Source of the DNA: an uncultured bacterium
GTDB taxonomy: Bacteria; Babelota; Babeliae; Babelales; Babelaceae
Assembly (NCBI GenBank): GCA_963713855.1
Contig: OY970209.1
Location: forward strand, 832,001-896,000
Direction of reading: 5' to 3'
Length of the DNA: 64,000 nt
The translations under genes were made by a program, and so were the position numbers. Positions within the stretch are counted from its first letter, which is position 1, and each line of letters opens with the position of its first letter. The notes beneath the pieces were generated by a model. That model ran no database searches, was not told the DNA's origin, and saw nothing but the letters and a program-made list of their open reading frames with translations. Below are positions 31,091 through 42,076 of the stretch, piece by piece.

Positions 31091-32129
31091 TTACCAAAAA
31101 TGATCTTGATCATAAACATATCCCCGCTCTAACAGCTTAAAGTATAACTCCTTAGAGCGGAGATCATTTTTGTTCCAATAATATTTAAAACTTTCATGGC
31201 CAGTGTATTCTGCATCTCTTTGACTGATATAACCTTTTTTAAAGACAGTTACCATAGCGCTGCTACATTGATAGTTATTTGGAATCTGACTAACATTACC
31301 ATCATACTCAAGAGGGATAATAAGCTCATTTTCATCAGTTCGCACTAATAGAAATTGACCCGCATCTCTCCCAGAATCATAGTGACGAAAAAGTGGTATA
31401 GCACTGGTATGAGCAAGAATATTTTCATTTTTATAGGGAAAAGCTTCAATTTTATCCGAATCGTAAAATTTAAATAGAAAGCCATTTGACAAGAGCATGC
31501 CTTGCTTTGGTGTTAAAAGGCTATACATCCGTTTTAATGTTCCAAACGGGTCAACAAGGTGGCGCAATGTCCAATCAGAGATAATTAAGTCAACTTTGCC
31601 TTTAAGGTTGAAACCTAATTTTGCTAGCTCCTCATCAATATTTTCGATTTTAAACTGATTAAATTGGTAATGCGTAACACAGCCATTTTCTTGTACACCG
31701 TTAACACACTCTTTTCCCCCTGTTAGGCTGAAAATGTGAAAGTGTTTTCCCGATTTTTTACAGTGCTCGTTGTTCAAAATCTTCGTAGCAGTTTTACCCC
31801 ACTCCGCACTTGCACAACCAACCTCTACGATGTAAATATCTTTTTTTCTTTATTGACGTGACACAAATCGAGCAATTTATGATCATCAATATTAAGAAGG
31901 TAATAGTGAGTGCTGCCATTATACATCCAAGGGTACTCGTGTTCTTTGATATCCTCAAAAGCTTTGTTGATGGCTTTTTTCACTTCTAATGGTCGATTAC
32001 CGAGTGTGATACTCTAGAATAGTGCTCATTAATTAAATTTGTTGGCCCATGCTCGGTTAAAGCATTTGTAGTAGACCCCAGAAAACTTATGACCAAAACA
32101 ATTATCTCAACCATGGAATTACGCATCAT
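31091..32129 (-). pseudogene. disrupted class I SAM-dependent methyltransferase-like exported protein
   Basis: Signal-like start at 32129; frameshifts near 31995-32010 and 31865; a stop just before EKKDIYIVEVGCASAEWG (motif I); later VDLIIS.WTLRHL.DP...L..MY.LL. Confidence 0.65.
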
Positions 32130-32387
32130 GTACCCTATTTAAAATTGTAAGACTGTAATTCTACTATACCAGGTTTAGCCAGGGGTTCAAGCCAAATACC
32201 TATAGCCTTGCTAATACAAGCACATTTTGTTCTTGAATAGATCTAGAATTATAATTTTCTTTTCGTGGCTTCATAAACTATCGGGATTGTTGTATTATGC
32301 TCTAAGTTTAGTGCTTCGAGCTCTCATCTATCAAAAGTGGGGCGTTCGAATAAACAAGCGATCAATGTATTAAAAAGGGAGTTTTGT

Positions 32388-33614
32388 ATGTTGCATGGTC
32401 AAATTATTTCTAAAAGTATCTTTTCTATGATCCTGAGCTTTTCCGCGTTGGCACTTGGTCAGATTTTAGACTGTCCAGTACGCTATTCTGAGCCACCTTA
32501 TACCTATCCTGGTGGTGCTGCTTATTGGCCGCCTAGTGGCTCGATTCTCGCCACTGCCAATGATATTTTTGCGGCCAGCGTTACTACGTATACTGTTGCT
32601 GCTGATGGTTCATTAAGTAACCCTGTCGTTCATAGTGGTCCCTCTGGCGAACAGCAATCCCGCGGTATTGCTTATTCTCCTAATGGATTACTCTTGGCGA
32701 CTACAAACTCCGCAACGAGCAGCGTTACCATGTTTAACGTAGATCCAACAAGTGGTGCGTTGAGCAATCCTAGAGCCTATCCGCTGCCTTCTGGGTCTGT
32801 ATACCCGAATAGATTAGCATTTTCGCCGGATGGCACTTTATTAGTGACTGCAAATCAAGGTACTAAACCCATTGCGGGCAATATAACCATATTTACTGTC
32901 GGTGCACTGGGTAACTTGAATGCCGGTACTTCCTATGGCTTGCCATCTGGAGCTAGTAACCCTGTTTCAATAGCATTTTCAAGTGATGGATTGTTTCTCG
33001 TTACTGTTAATGATCTTACGACGTACAATTTGACGGTATTTAATGTTGGCGCTGGAGGAGTTTTAACTAATCCGATAAACTGGCCAATGCCAACTGGATC
33101 ACTTGAGCCTTATTTTGGTTCATTTTCACCTGATGGTTCATTGTTTGCTGTCGCTAATTATGCAAACTATCAGGGTGGTACTGTTGCACTATTCAATTGG
33201 CATCAAGGCGCTTTGTATAACGGAACACTGTACGATTTGCCAAATAGCTCCACTGACCCAAGCTTCTTAGCTTTTTCACCTGATGGAAAACTTTTAGCTA
33301 CTGCTAATCAGGGCACTAATGATATCTCGATATTTAACGTTAATGGTGGAGCCCTTGATAGTGGAATTTCTTTTAAATTGCCTACTGGTGCTGTCAATCC
33401 TCAAACAGTTGCTTTTTCACCTAATGGAAAAAATATCGCTGTTGCCGACTATCAAACAGATGACGTTGTTATCTTCTCGAGCGTTTGTCCTACAACAACT
33501 ACAACTGCAACAAATTCTGGCGGTGGTACCTCAACGGGCAACGCAAGTGGCCTTTTAGATCACGCTATAGTCAGTAAGTATATAGCTCTTTTGCAAAGCT
33601 ACGTTAAAAAATAA
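32388..33614 (+). CDS. secreted 7-blade beta-propeller (lactonase/YncE-like repeats) with a Thr-rich C-terminal linker
   Basis: AAGGGAG RBS, signal peptide, seven LP.GS..P...AFSPDG..LA.AN repeats, then CPTTTTTATNSGGG. Confidence 0.88.
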   Translation: MLHGQIISKSIFSMILSFSALALGQILDCPVRYSEPPYTYPGGAAYWPPSGSILATANDIFAASVTTYTVAADGSLSNPVVHSGPSGEQQSRGIAYSPNGLLLATTNSATSSVTMFNVDPTSGALSNPRAYPLPSGSVYPNRLAFSPDGTLLVTANQGTKPIAGNITIFTVGALGNLNAGTSYGLPSGASNPVSIAFSSDGLFLVTVNDLTTYNLTVFNVGAGGVLTNPINWPMPTGSLEPYFGSFSPDGSLFAVANYANYQGGTVALFNWHQGALYNGTLYDLPNSSTDPSFLAFSPDGKLLATANQGTNDISIFNVNGGALDSGISFKLPTGAVNPQTVAFSPNGKNIAVADYQTDDVVIFSSVCPTTTTTATNSGGGTSTGNASGLLDHAIVSKYIALLQSYVKK

Positions 33615-33721
33615 ATACGCTATAGTTAGCAGTTAATTTTGGCCGCGCCTGTAAAAGTCGCAGCCTTATAAAGCTATAAATGTCGGAAATGCAGTGGGTA
33701 AGCTTTTCCAAGTCCCACCCT

Positions 33722-34607
33722 TCATGTTGACCACAGAGATGTTATTGGCCAAGCAAAAAGATTTCTGCCGAAAGGGATTTTTTCATTGCCGGTATAGAGC
33801 ACAATGCCCTTTAAAAATCTTTCTTTAAATAGTTCTTGCATCTGTTTAAGGCCTTTAAAATCATGAGCTGTGACTGTTTGAGATGCTTTTATCTCCAAAC
33901 CAACAATGGTTCCCGCTTGATCCTCCAAAACGAAGTCAACCTCAGTACCTTCAAGCGTGCGATAGTAATAGAGGTATATTCGTTTTTTTGACCAAGTTGC
34001 TTGTTTTTTGAGTTCCATGAGCACAAAGTTTTCTAAAAGGCTTCCCAGTAAAAATGGGTCGATCGATGGTCTCTCATGGGTGATGCCAAGTAAGTAGCTT
34101 AATAGGCCAGTGTCAATCAGATAAACTTTTGGGGATTTAACTAGGCGCTTTCCCACGTTAATGCTCCAGGGTGGTAGAAAATAAATGATAAACACGGTTT
34201 GCAAGAGAGCAAGATAATGGCGCAATGTTGTATTACTTATCGATACGACGAGAAATATCTGAAACGTTTAAAAGAGTTCAGGTGCGCGTTGCTAAAATCC
34301 TTAAAAGATGAGGATATTCTAGTACGCCTTCGATAGCTGCAAGATTGAGTATTTCCCGTTGCAAGATGGTTGTGATATAATTTTCAAACCACATGGTACG
34401 TTTGTCGCCATCAAGTAGCTGAACATTAGGATACCCGCCGCCAACGTTACCACATTGTCCAGAGTAAACGAGGAATAGCTATAATCTTTTGTTATGCCAG
34501 CCATAAGCGTAGATTTGCCCGTTTGTCGAGCTCCAGTCAGAAGGACAAAGGGGGCTAAATGATAAGGCGTCAAGAAGTTTTTTCTTGATGTGTCTTGAAA
34601 TAATCAT
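33722..34607 (-). pseudogene. AAA+ ATPase with DUF4143 domain, degraded
   Basis: Walker A GARQTGKST after a frameshift; jump from LDNVVTLAA straight to GYP (large internal deletion near 34441); in-frame TGA near 34280; intact KSPKVYLIDTGL, ENFV..EL, EVDFV, EIK C-terminus. Confidence 0.85.
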
Positions 34608-34682
34608 AAAATTGACCGTTGAATGGTTAAATTTTGACACAAACTACCAAATTAATGCAATGACAAGATGATTGTATCAGCA

Positions 34683-34713
34683 AAAGAGAGCCCCATAAAT
34701 TGGGGCTCTCTTT
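34683..34713 (-). terminator. intrinsic terminator
   Basis: AAAGAGAGCCCCA-taaat-TGGGGCTCTCTTT. Confidence 0.8.
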
Positions 34714-34737
34714 AATACTTAGATAATAGATATGTGA

Positions 34738-35523
34738 TTAAATTTTTCTCTTGTCCCTTTTTACGTTTTCCTTTGCAGCGGGGGCCCTTTTTTCCACTTT
34801 ATTTTTGAAATATGACCAAACTTTTTCTTTTGTCTTTGGTGAAACGAGATTGTCGTAAGCGAGTTTAGCGGCGATTCCTAGAACACCTACAAGCGTTGCC
34901 CCTTTAGCGCACTTCCACCCGCAACTTGGAGGGTTCTTGTTACCAGTCTTAAGCTCTTTAGGTAGCCCTTTTATCGCAACATCTTTTGCTGCTTGTTCGG
35001 GAGACTCGGCATGTGGCACTGGAATATCTCCGCCTTCTGAGCCTGCCTCTAGAACAACAATACCAGGGGCTTCTTGATTTTCTAATTCTTCTTCACTTTC
35101 TGAATTTTCAACTGCACTTGCGTTCTCAGCTGCTCTTAGATAGGCCAAAACTTTTTCGTAATCGCCAAAACCTCCTACCAGTCCTGACTGAAAAGCTTCG
35201 TGTGCTACATCATAAGCAGTTTGTCCGTTACGATTTCTAGAGTCTACAACTGACCCTGACAAGAGGAGCAGTACAATGGAATGGTTGCCTTTGGATGCGG
35301 CAATATGTAACCCTGTGTTTCCGTTTTCATCTTCTAATTCCTGAAGACTTGGGTCATTACTTAAAAGTTTGATAATAACTGTCAAATCGCACTTATTGGG
35401 CGTTTTTGAAATCTCACTAAACCATTTGTCGTTTAAATCTTTGTCTTCCATGCTCAAGAGGGATTTTCCAGCTGTCAGAGAGAGTATGAGTGCCAAGCAC
35501 ATATACATTTTCATCTTTACCAT
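34738..35523 (-). CDS. exported ankyrin repeat protein (signal peptide, ME, acidic linker, C-terminal hydrophobic helix)
   Basis: ...KSLLS-MEDK; GNTGLHIAASKGN; NGQTAYDVA; GATLVGVLGIAAKLAY. Confidence 0.85.
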   Translation of the reverse strand: MVKMKMYMCLALILSLTAGKSLLSMEDKDLNDKWFSEISKTPNKCDLTVIIKLLSNDPSLQELEDENGNTGLHIAASKGNHSIVLLLLSGSVVDSRNRNGQTAYDVAHEAFQSGLVGGFGDYEKVLAYLRAAENASAVENSESEEELENQEAPGIVVLEAGSEGGDIPVPHAESPEQAAKDVAIKGLPKELKTGNKNPPSCGWKCAKGATLVGVLGIAAKLAYDNLVSPKTKEKVWSYFKNKVEKRAPAAKENVKRDKRKI

Positions 35524-35612
35524 ATCTAACTCCCGTAGGTAACGATTAAGGTTTAGAAACTAACTTCTATTTTACAAGGGATTCAGCCAGCGTCAATGAA
35601 AAAATAGAGTGT

Positions 35613-38321
35613 TTATCCTTGTTCCATGACGGTCACGGTGCTTCCGTGAGGGTGCTTGTAAACAAAAAATTGTACGGGAAACATGTCTTTCATACTCGGT
35701 AAGTGTGAAACTATAATGACTTTGTTGAACTCTTCTTGTATCTTATGCAGCACATCGGTGATATGTGCCAGGCCTTCTTCATCCTGCGAACCAAAGCCTT
35801 CATCTATGATGAGCATTTGTAAGGCCGCTCCGGCTCGTCGGGCAAGAAGTTTTGAAATGGCGATTCTTAGTGCAAAATCAATCCGAAAAGCCTCGCCTCC
35901 GGAAAAAAGTTCGTAAGAGCGGATACCTAAAGCATCAGAAATTTTGATATCAAGTGTTTCTTTTGTAGCACCACTCTTAAGATCGCGTACTGACTCAATA
36001 ATAAGGTGTGCAGCGTTATCAGTCAGCTTTGAAAGCAGTATATTGGCCTCATGTTCAATTTCGGGTATAGCCTCTTCTATAAGAAGAGCCTGAATACCGT
36101 CTTTGCTAAAAGCTTGGCTAAGTGCTTGATATTGATGCGTTAAATCGTCAACTTCTTTAATGCGCTTTAGAATTGTTTGAGCCTCTTGTTCTTTCTCTTG
36201 GAGTATCTTCTTGTGTTGCTGGATAGCTCCTTGTTTTTGGAGAAGAGTTTCTTTATGGGCATGACATGTTTTAAGCCTTTGGTCGCGTTCACGTATGCGC
36301 TCTTCCATGTTTGTGAGCGCGATTTCATATGTTTTATATTGTTCAAGTTCTAGTGCTAACTTTTTTTGTTCACTTTTTAAAGCTTTAATACGTATACACA
36401 GCTCATGTATTTCACGCTTCCTTTCTGCTTGAAGAGCCACTTGTATGCGAAGATTTTGCTGTTTTTGGCTTTCTTGAGTAAGGTGCGCAAAGCGAGCATT
36501 CAATTCGTCATACTTATTTTCAAGTGAAGCATTTTCCTTTACGTAAGCCTCGGTTTCTTCTATGCGCTTGAGCGTCGTAAGATACTGAGTATCGGTAGCT
36601 AAAAAGTTTTCAAACGGTGCAACACCATTGGTTTTGCGTACCCGTAGCTCCCGCTCCACGTCTTGTAATCCTCTTTGAGTAGCAAGCTCAAGTCTTGCTT
36701 CCTCTTTTGCATCCGCTTCGTATCTTAGGTGCTGCTTTTTAAGCTCTTCCATTCGTGTACATGCATCAGTATGAGTTTGTAGTTCAAGCTTTAGCGCGTC
36801 GATAGTCTGGTGCTGATTTGCTAATGTGCTCTTAAGCTCATGGAGCACTCTAGCAATACGGTTAATATGATGCTCCACAAGCGAATGCTTGAGCATGAAA
36901 CTAGAATTAAGGTTTGTAGAAAGGGAAGGTGGTAAAGTTTGTGTGCAGAGCGGACATTGAGCTTTTACGGTGCTTACAAGCTCTTTTTTGGTAAAAAGTT
37001 CTTTTGCTTCTTTTTTAAGGAGATTGCCTCTCATTACAAATTTGTGGTAAAAGGTTTTTCTCCGTTCAAAGAGTTTTTCTTCAATTTCCAGTTTTTTGTG
37101 TAGTTCTGGTAAGATTGAGCTTGATTGCTTAATTTTTGCCATTTCTTTTATAAGCATATCTTGCTCAATCGTAATAGCTTTTTGTTTTTCAGACTTCAGC
37201 TTTAATTGCTCTAATAATTGGGCGCGTCGAGCGTCGTACATACTTTGTTGGCGCGTATACTCTTGCATACACTGGCTGTGGTCTTTCAGGAGTTTTTCTT
37301 TACAATCGGCAAGCAGAGCTTTATCTTGAGCTAGTCTTGCAACCACGTTTCTGTAGTTTTTTAGGGTTGTTTGCATTTCTTGTAGCTGTTTTTCAAGAGT
37401 TGCAATTTCTTGCGCCACTGCTTGTGTTTGATGCAGATTTTTTTGCTCTTTTTGAATAGTCCGCCAGGTCGCAACTTTACTTTGAAAAATAGTAAGTGCC
37501 TCTTGTAACGTTTTTGTATGATGTTCATTTGTAACACACAGCTTTGTGTGTGCTTGACGCTGACTTTCAAGACCTCTATTTTCTTGCTCGAGAGTATGTA
37601 ACGCTGCATAGAGTTCTTGCTCTTGTAACTGTAATGCCTGCAATGCTTGTGTCAGCTCTTCAAGCTGTACCTGAATAGACTCGCGAGCCCCTAATTCGAC
37701 GTGTAAAGCTTGTTGTTGTTGCACGCGGTGCTCTTTTTCTTGAGAAAGAGTGCGCACTTTTTCGGTCGCTTTTTTTCGTAACTGCTCATAGCGCTCAAGG
37801 CCAAGTATGCGGGCGAGCACATCTTTTCGCTCACGCGCAGATTTTTTAGAAAATTCGTTTGATTGTCCCTGGCGCAAAAATGCTGAGTTTATAAATGAGT
37901 CATAATCCAAACAAAGAACTTGATTAATTTTTTCCTGAGTACCGCGTATGGTCTTTTCTGTAAGGGGCCTTAACTGTTGCGATTGAGGATCTACGATCCC
38001 AAAATCTAAATGGCTTATAGCCTTACCGCCCACGATAGTATATTCTCGCCTAACGCGATATAAAAGGCCATTATACTGAAAATCAAGAGCAACCATCATA
38101 TGCGTTTGCCCGAGGCGTAAAAGCCCCTCGTCAGCTTTACCAGGATTCGAGTTTTTGCGTGCTTGTCCCCACAAAGCCCACGTCAAAGCATCAAGAAGTG
38201 CGGACTTTCCATGCCCATTTTTGCCAGAAAGACAAATAAGGTGATAGGGTTCAAAGTTAATGGTTTGAACCTGAGGGCCATAACTGATGAAGTTCTTAAG
38301 CTGCAATTTTAAAGGAATCAT
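35613..38321 (-). CDS. sbcC: SbcC/Rad50-type SMC ATPase
   Basis: L.LKNF.SY, Walker A GKNGHGKS, LRQG Q-loop, coiled coil with CPLC zinc hook, FSGGE signature, IIDEGFG, IIVSH. Confidence 0.92.
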   Translation of the reverse strand: MIPLKLQLKNFISYGPQVQTINFEPYHLICLSGKNGHGKSALLDALTWALWGQARKNSNPGKADEGLLRLGQTHMMVALDFQYNGLLYRVRREYTIVGGKAISHLDFGIVDPQSQQLRPLTEKTIRGTQEKINQVLCLDYDSFINSAFLRQGQSNEFSKKSARERKDVLARILGLERYEQLRKKATEKVRTLSQEKEHRVQQQQALHVELGARESIQVQLEELTQALQALQLQEQELYAALHTLEQENRGLESQRQAHTKLCVTNEHHTKTLQEALTIFQSKVATWRTIQKEQKNLHQTQAVAQEIATLEKQLQEMQTTLKNYRNVVARLAQDKALLADCKEKLLKDHSQCMQEYTRQQSMYDARRAQLLEQLKLKSEKQKAITIEQDMLIKEMAKIKQSSSILPELHKKLEIEEKLFERRKTFYHKFVMRGNLLKKEAKELFTKKELVSTVKAQCPLCTQTLPPSLSTNLNSSFMLKHSLVEHHINRIARVLHELKSTLANQHQTIDALKLELQTHTDACTRMEELKKQHLRYEADAKEEARLELATQRGLQDVERELRVRKTNGVAPFENFLATDTQYLTTLKRIEETEAYVKENASLENKYDELNARFAHLTQESQKQQNLRIQVALQAERKREIHELCIRIKALKSEQKKLALELEQYKTYEIALTNMEERIRERDQRLKTCHAHKETLLQKQGAIQQHKKILQEKEQEAQTILKRIKEVDDLTHQYQALSQAFSKDGIQALLIEEAIPEIEHEANILLSKLTDNAAHLIIESVRDLKSGATKETLDIKISDALGIRSYELFSGGEAFRIDFALRIAISKLLARRAGAALQMLIIDEGFGSQDEEGLAHITDVLHKIQEEFNKVIIVSHLPSMKDMFPVQFFVYKHPHGSTVTVMEQG

Positions 38322-38453
38322 ACTTTTATATCCATGCTTATACGTTAGCAAGTTTATACGTATCTGTGCTTCAAGACAATTTCTTTATCAAAGTAGAGCT
38401 GATGAGCAAAAGAATTTGTTGTTTAACTAACTTGCCGAAATAAGAACACGAAC

Positions 38454-41400
38454 CTATAAGCTTTCTGATGCAATAGCTTCGTTACCACTGAAATTAACAG
38501 CCCCTCCGCGGTGCATGTATTTGTATTTGTAGAACAAATAAGCAGCAGTACCTGCGATGACTGCTAGAAAGGCCAGTGTTAGCGGAACGCCAACGGTGGT
38601 TCCTATTATTGCGCCTAGAGGAAGACTGCTGCCATCTCCTCCATTGCTTTCGAGAAGTGTTCCAACTGTGACATCATTTGAACCAAAATTCGCCGTAGCA
38701 ATCGTTATTTGAGCGTTATTAGTGGCTGGTGAGAAGGTAATGGCAACGCAGCGCGTTGAATTAGCGGGAAGACTATATGAGGTTGCTTGATCAGGAGTTG
38801 CCCCGTTGACGTTAAAAATCGTAAAGCTATTTGAAACACTGTTGGCAGTGGCAAGATAAGCAGCATTGGATGAGGCAGCTATTGATAGAGGGTTGAGGCT
38901 ACCTGGAGGTAGTGGGTACGATGCCGCGCTGCTCAGTGCACCGGACTGGAAATTGAACGCGCTGATATCATTCGAGCCACTATTAGCAGTCACAAGTAAG
39001 GCACTATTAGCGCTTATGGGCAAGAAAACGAGTGACTGGGGTGTGCTAGAGCCTGAAGGTAACGGCGTTAAAGTGCCAGCTCCGAGACTGCCGGCTGTGA
39101 ATGTAAAAAGAGCCACATTGTTTGAGCCCGCGTTAGCAGTAGCAACATGCGAGCCGTCCGCGGTGAAAGCTACTGATGCAGGATTTGTTGCTCCTCCAGG
39201 TAATGGGTAGGCAATTCCATTACCCAGAGTCCCAGCTGTAAAATTAAACACGGCAAGGTCGTTAGAACCTCTGTTTGCTACAACGATGTATGAGTTATCG
39301 GGCGAGAATTGTAATGAAGAAGGCATGCTGGAATTGGTCGGTAATGGATAAGAAACTGCATTTATTAACTGCCCGCTAAGAAGCTTGAATACGGTCACGT
39401 CATTTGTTTTATCGTTGGCAGTGATAACATACGAACTATCAGATGAAAAATCAATTGAAGTTGGAAGCGAAGGGTTGACCAAGTTATAAGGCAACGGATA
39501 TGATTTTGCGGTTCCTAAGGTATTGTTGGAATTAACATTGAAGAGGGTAACATCGCTTGATTCAAAATTTGCCGTCGCAAGGTATGGAGCATTTGGAGAA
39601 TAAGCAATCGCATCCGGCCGACGCGAACCTCTAATGTAGGGTGGCAATGGATACAATGTTCCACCGCTAAGCGCCCCATTTATGACCGTGAATACGCCAA
39701 TATTAGATGAAATCGAATTAGCGGTTATAAGATAAGCACCATTAGGTGAAAACGCGAGTGACTGAGGATCTATTGCAGAATAAGGCAATGAATATGATGT
39801 ACCATTGCTTAGCGCTCCTCCAGCTCCTATGCTAAATACCGACACATTAGCTGAGTCACTGTTTATGGTTGCGAGATGTAAGCTGTCGGGTGAAAATGTA
39901 GCTGATTGTGGAAAGTAAGCACCTGTCGGCAAAGCATAATTTGTTCCTCCACTAAGTGCCCCGCTAGATGACACACTAAATACCACTACAGAATTCGTTG
40001 AAGGAATGGCAAGTGACAGATATAAGCCATTTGAAGAAAATGCTACTGAAAAAGGTCCAGAACTAGAAGGTAAAGTGTAGGATGTACCTGCGCTCAGCAC
40101 ACCGCCTGCTCCTACCGTAAATATAGTGACATCATTCGAACTGAAATTAGCAGTAGCAAGATAATTCCCTGAAGGTGAAAAAGCTACCGCAACAGCACCC
40201 GCAGATCCGGTAGGCAACGTATAGCGAGTACCAGTACTTAAAATGCCAGAGGTTTCTAGTATAAAGAAAGTTATATCGCCAGAACCACTATTGGCGGTGG
40301 CGACATATGATCCATTTGGTGAAAATGCGACTGAGTTTGGTCCCGCAGAACCAGAAGGAAGACCATAAGAAGTTCCACTGTTTAATATTCCGTCCTGTCC
40401 AACGCTAAATAGTGCCACATTGTTGCCTAAAAAATTAGCTGTGGCAAGATATGAATTATCAGGTGAAAATGCCAGCGCGAATGGAGCGACAAAATTAGAA
40501 AGAGCCTCATACGAAGCTGGTCCGCTTAAAGTTCCGCCTGCATTTACATTCCAGACTGTTATATCACTCGAGAACAAATCAGTAGCTGCAAGGTATGAAT
40601 CATTAGGCGAAAAGGTGACCGAAAAAACTGATTGAGTGCCAGAGGTTAGAGAATAAGAAGTTCCGTTACTTAGAACGCCTCCAGCTCCTACGTCAAAGAT
40701 TGTTACATCGTTTGAGACGGTGTTAGAAGTAGCTAAGTATGCGCCAGAATGAGCAAATGTAAGCATTGAAATACCCGAAGAAGCACCCGGGAGCTTGTAA
40801 GACGTACCTGCGTTGAGAGTACCACCCGACAGAGTAAATATGCTAACATCATTTGAGTAGTTTGCGCTAGCCAAATAGAGCCCATCTGGCGAAAATGCAA
40901 CAATACGAGAACTCGATGAGCCAGCAGGTAAGGCATATGATACGCCATTACTTAATACGCCTGCGCTAACACTAAACAAAGCTACATTGTTTCCTTGAGT
41001 ACCAGCAGCAAGATAAGAACCATCGGGTGAAAATGCAACGGAGATGGGATAGCTTATTTCCGATGGCACAGTATATGAAACTGGGCTGCTCAAGCTACCT
41101 CCTGTACTAACCTTAAATACAGTTATATTTTGAGATAGATTAGCTGTAGCGAGATATGAGCCATCCGGCGAAAACGCCAAAAAATAAGAGCTTCTAGAAC
41201 CGGCTGGCAAAGCGTACGAAATAGGATTAGAAAGCACACCTCCCGCATCCACAGCAAAAACTGTAATATCGCTTGAAGGCAAGTTGGCAGTAGCAAGATA
41301 AGAACCATCAGGAGAAAAAGCCAGCATTTGAGGAGCCGATGAACCGGTTGGTAAAGCATAGGAAGAAACGAATGTCAAAGATCCTCCTGATCCTACACTA

Positions 41401-41729
41401 AATATCGACACATCACTTGTATTCCTGTTTGTACAAGCAAGAAAGGTACCATTCGGCGAAAAAACTGCAAAATTTGGACTGGTAGGTCCGGGAGGAAGTA
41501 AAAAAGAGGAACCTCCGTACAAAACACCATTGGCAGCTACATTAAATACAGAAATGTCATTTAAATTGGCAGAAGCGCAATATAAACCATTAGATGAGAA
41601 TGCTAGAGCACGAGGCCATATTGAAGCACCTGGCAAAGAATAGCTTATTTCAGTAATAGCTTCTAGCTTGAAGCAAACAGAATAGAGTAAGCCTATAAGA
41701 ATGAGTATTTTTGTACTCTTTAACAGCAT
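38454..41729 (-). CDS. surface protein with 21 beta-propeller blades and a C-terminal transmembrane anchor (paralog A)
   Basis: AGGAG RBS, signal peptide, 21 counted ~47-aa SY.LP.GS..P...AFSP.G.YLATAN..S.D.T.F repeats, transmembrane helix, tail YKYKYMHRGGAVNF. Confidence 0.9.
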   Translation of the reverse strand: MLLKSTKILILIGLLYSVCFKLEAITEISYSLPGASIWPRALAFSSNGLYCASANLNDISVFNVAANGVLYGGSSFLLPPGPTSPNFAVFSPNGTFLACTNRNTSDVSIFSVGSGGSLTFVSSYALPTGSSAPQMLAFSPDGSYLATANLPSSDITVFAVDAGGVLSNPISYALPAGSRSSYFLAFSPDGSYLATANLSQNITVFKVSTGGSLSSPVSYTVPSEISYPISVAFSPDGSYLAAGTQGNNVALFSVSAGVLSNGVSYALPAGSSSSRIVAFSPDGLYLASANYSNDVSIFTLSGGTLNAGTSYKLPGASSGISMLTFAHSGAYLATSNTVSNDVTIFDVGAGGVLSNGTSYSLTSGTQSVFSVTFSPNDSYLAATDLFSSDITVWNVNAGGTLSGPASYEALSNFVAPFALAFSPDNSYLATANFLGNNVALFSVGQDGILNSGTSYGLPSGSAGPNSVAFSPNGSYVATANSGSGDITFFILETSGILSTGTRYTLPTGSAGAVAVAFSPSGNYLATANFSSNDVTIFTVGAGGVLSAGTSYTLPSSSGPFSVAFSSNGLYLSLAIPSTNSVVVFSVSSSGALSGGTNYALPTGAYFPQSATFSPDSLHLATINSDSANVSVFSIGAGGALSNGTSYSLPYSAIDPQSLAFSPNGAYLITANSISSNIGVFTVINGALSGGTLYPLPPYIRGSRRPDAIAYSPNAPYLATANFESSDVTLFNVNSNNTLGTAKSYPLPYNLVNPSLPTSIDFSSDSSYVITANDKTNDVTVFKLLSGQLINAVSYPLPTNSSMPSSLQFSPDNSYIVVANRGSNDLAVFNFTAGTLGNGIAYPLPGGATNPASVAFTADGSHVATANAGSNNVALFTFTAGSLGAGTLTPLPSGSSTPQSLVFLPISANSALLVTANSGSNDISAFNFQSGALSSAASYPLPPGSLNPLSIAASSNAAYLATANSVSNSFTIFNVNGATPDQATSYSLPANSTRCVAITFSPATNNAQITIATANFGSNDVTVGTLLESNGGDGSSLPLGAIIGTTVGVPLTLAFLAVIAGTAAYLFYKYKYMHRGGAVNFSGNEAIASESL

Positions 41730-42076
41730 AGATTTCAATCTCCTAAGAATTCCGCCAAACAAATAAGGGCAGTCTCGTTTATATGTTAAAAAGGGATTGT
41801 ATAGTCTTTTCTTGCTCATGGCTTTCGCATATTCTAGCACAGGATCTATCTGTGTCAAAAAATGTTATTTAGCCGGTATGGAGCACAAAGTCATGTGTGT
41901 TTTAGATAGCGAATCAAAAGATACTGCTGCTATAATTTTTCGCCCAGTCTATCTCGCAACGGCAGTCACATGTTAAAACCAAAGATTTTTTGTTGTACCC
42001 ATTCTTTGCTATAGTGTTTTTAGTGATACTCATTTGTATAAAAAAAAATCTGGTACTTAAGGTTAAGGAGTGCGTA

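Noticed and set aside
41990..42076. Hydrophobic N-terminal extension on superoxide dismutase
   Set aside because: It comes from an upstream TTG. A strong AAGGAG RBS precedes the ATG at 42077, where homology begins.
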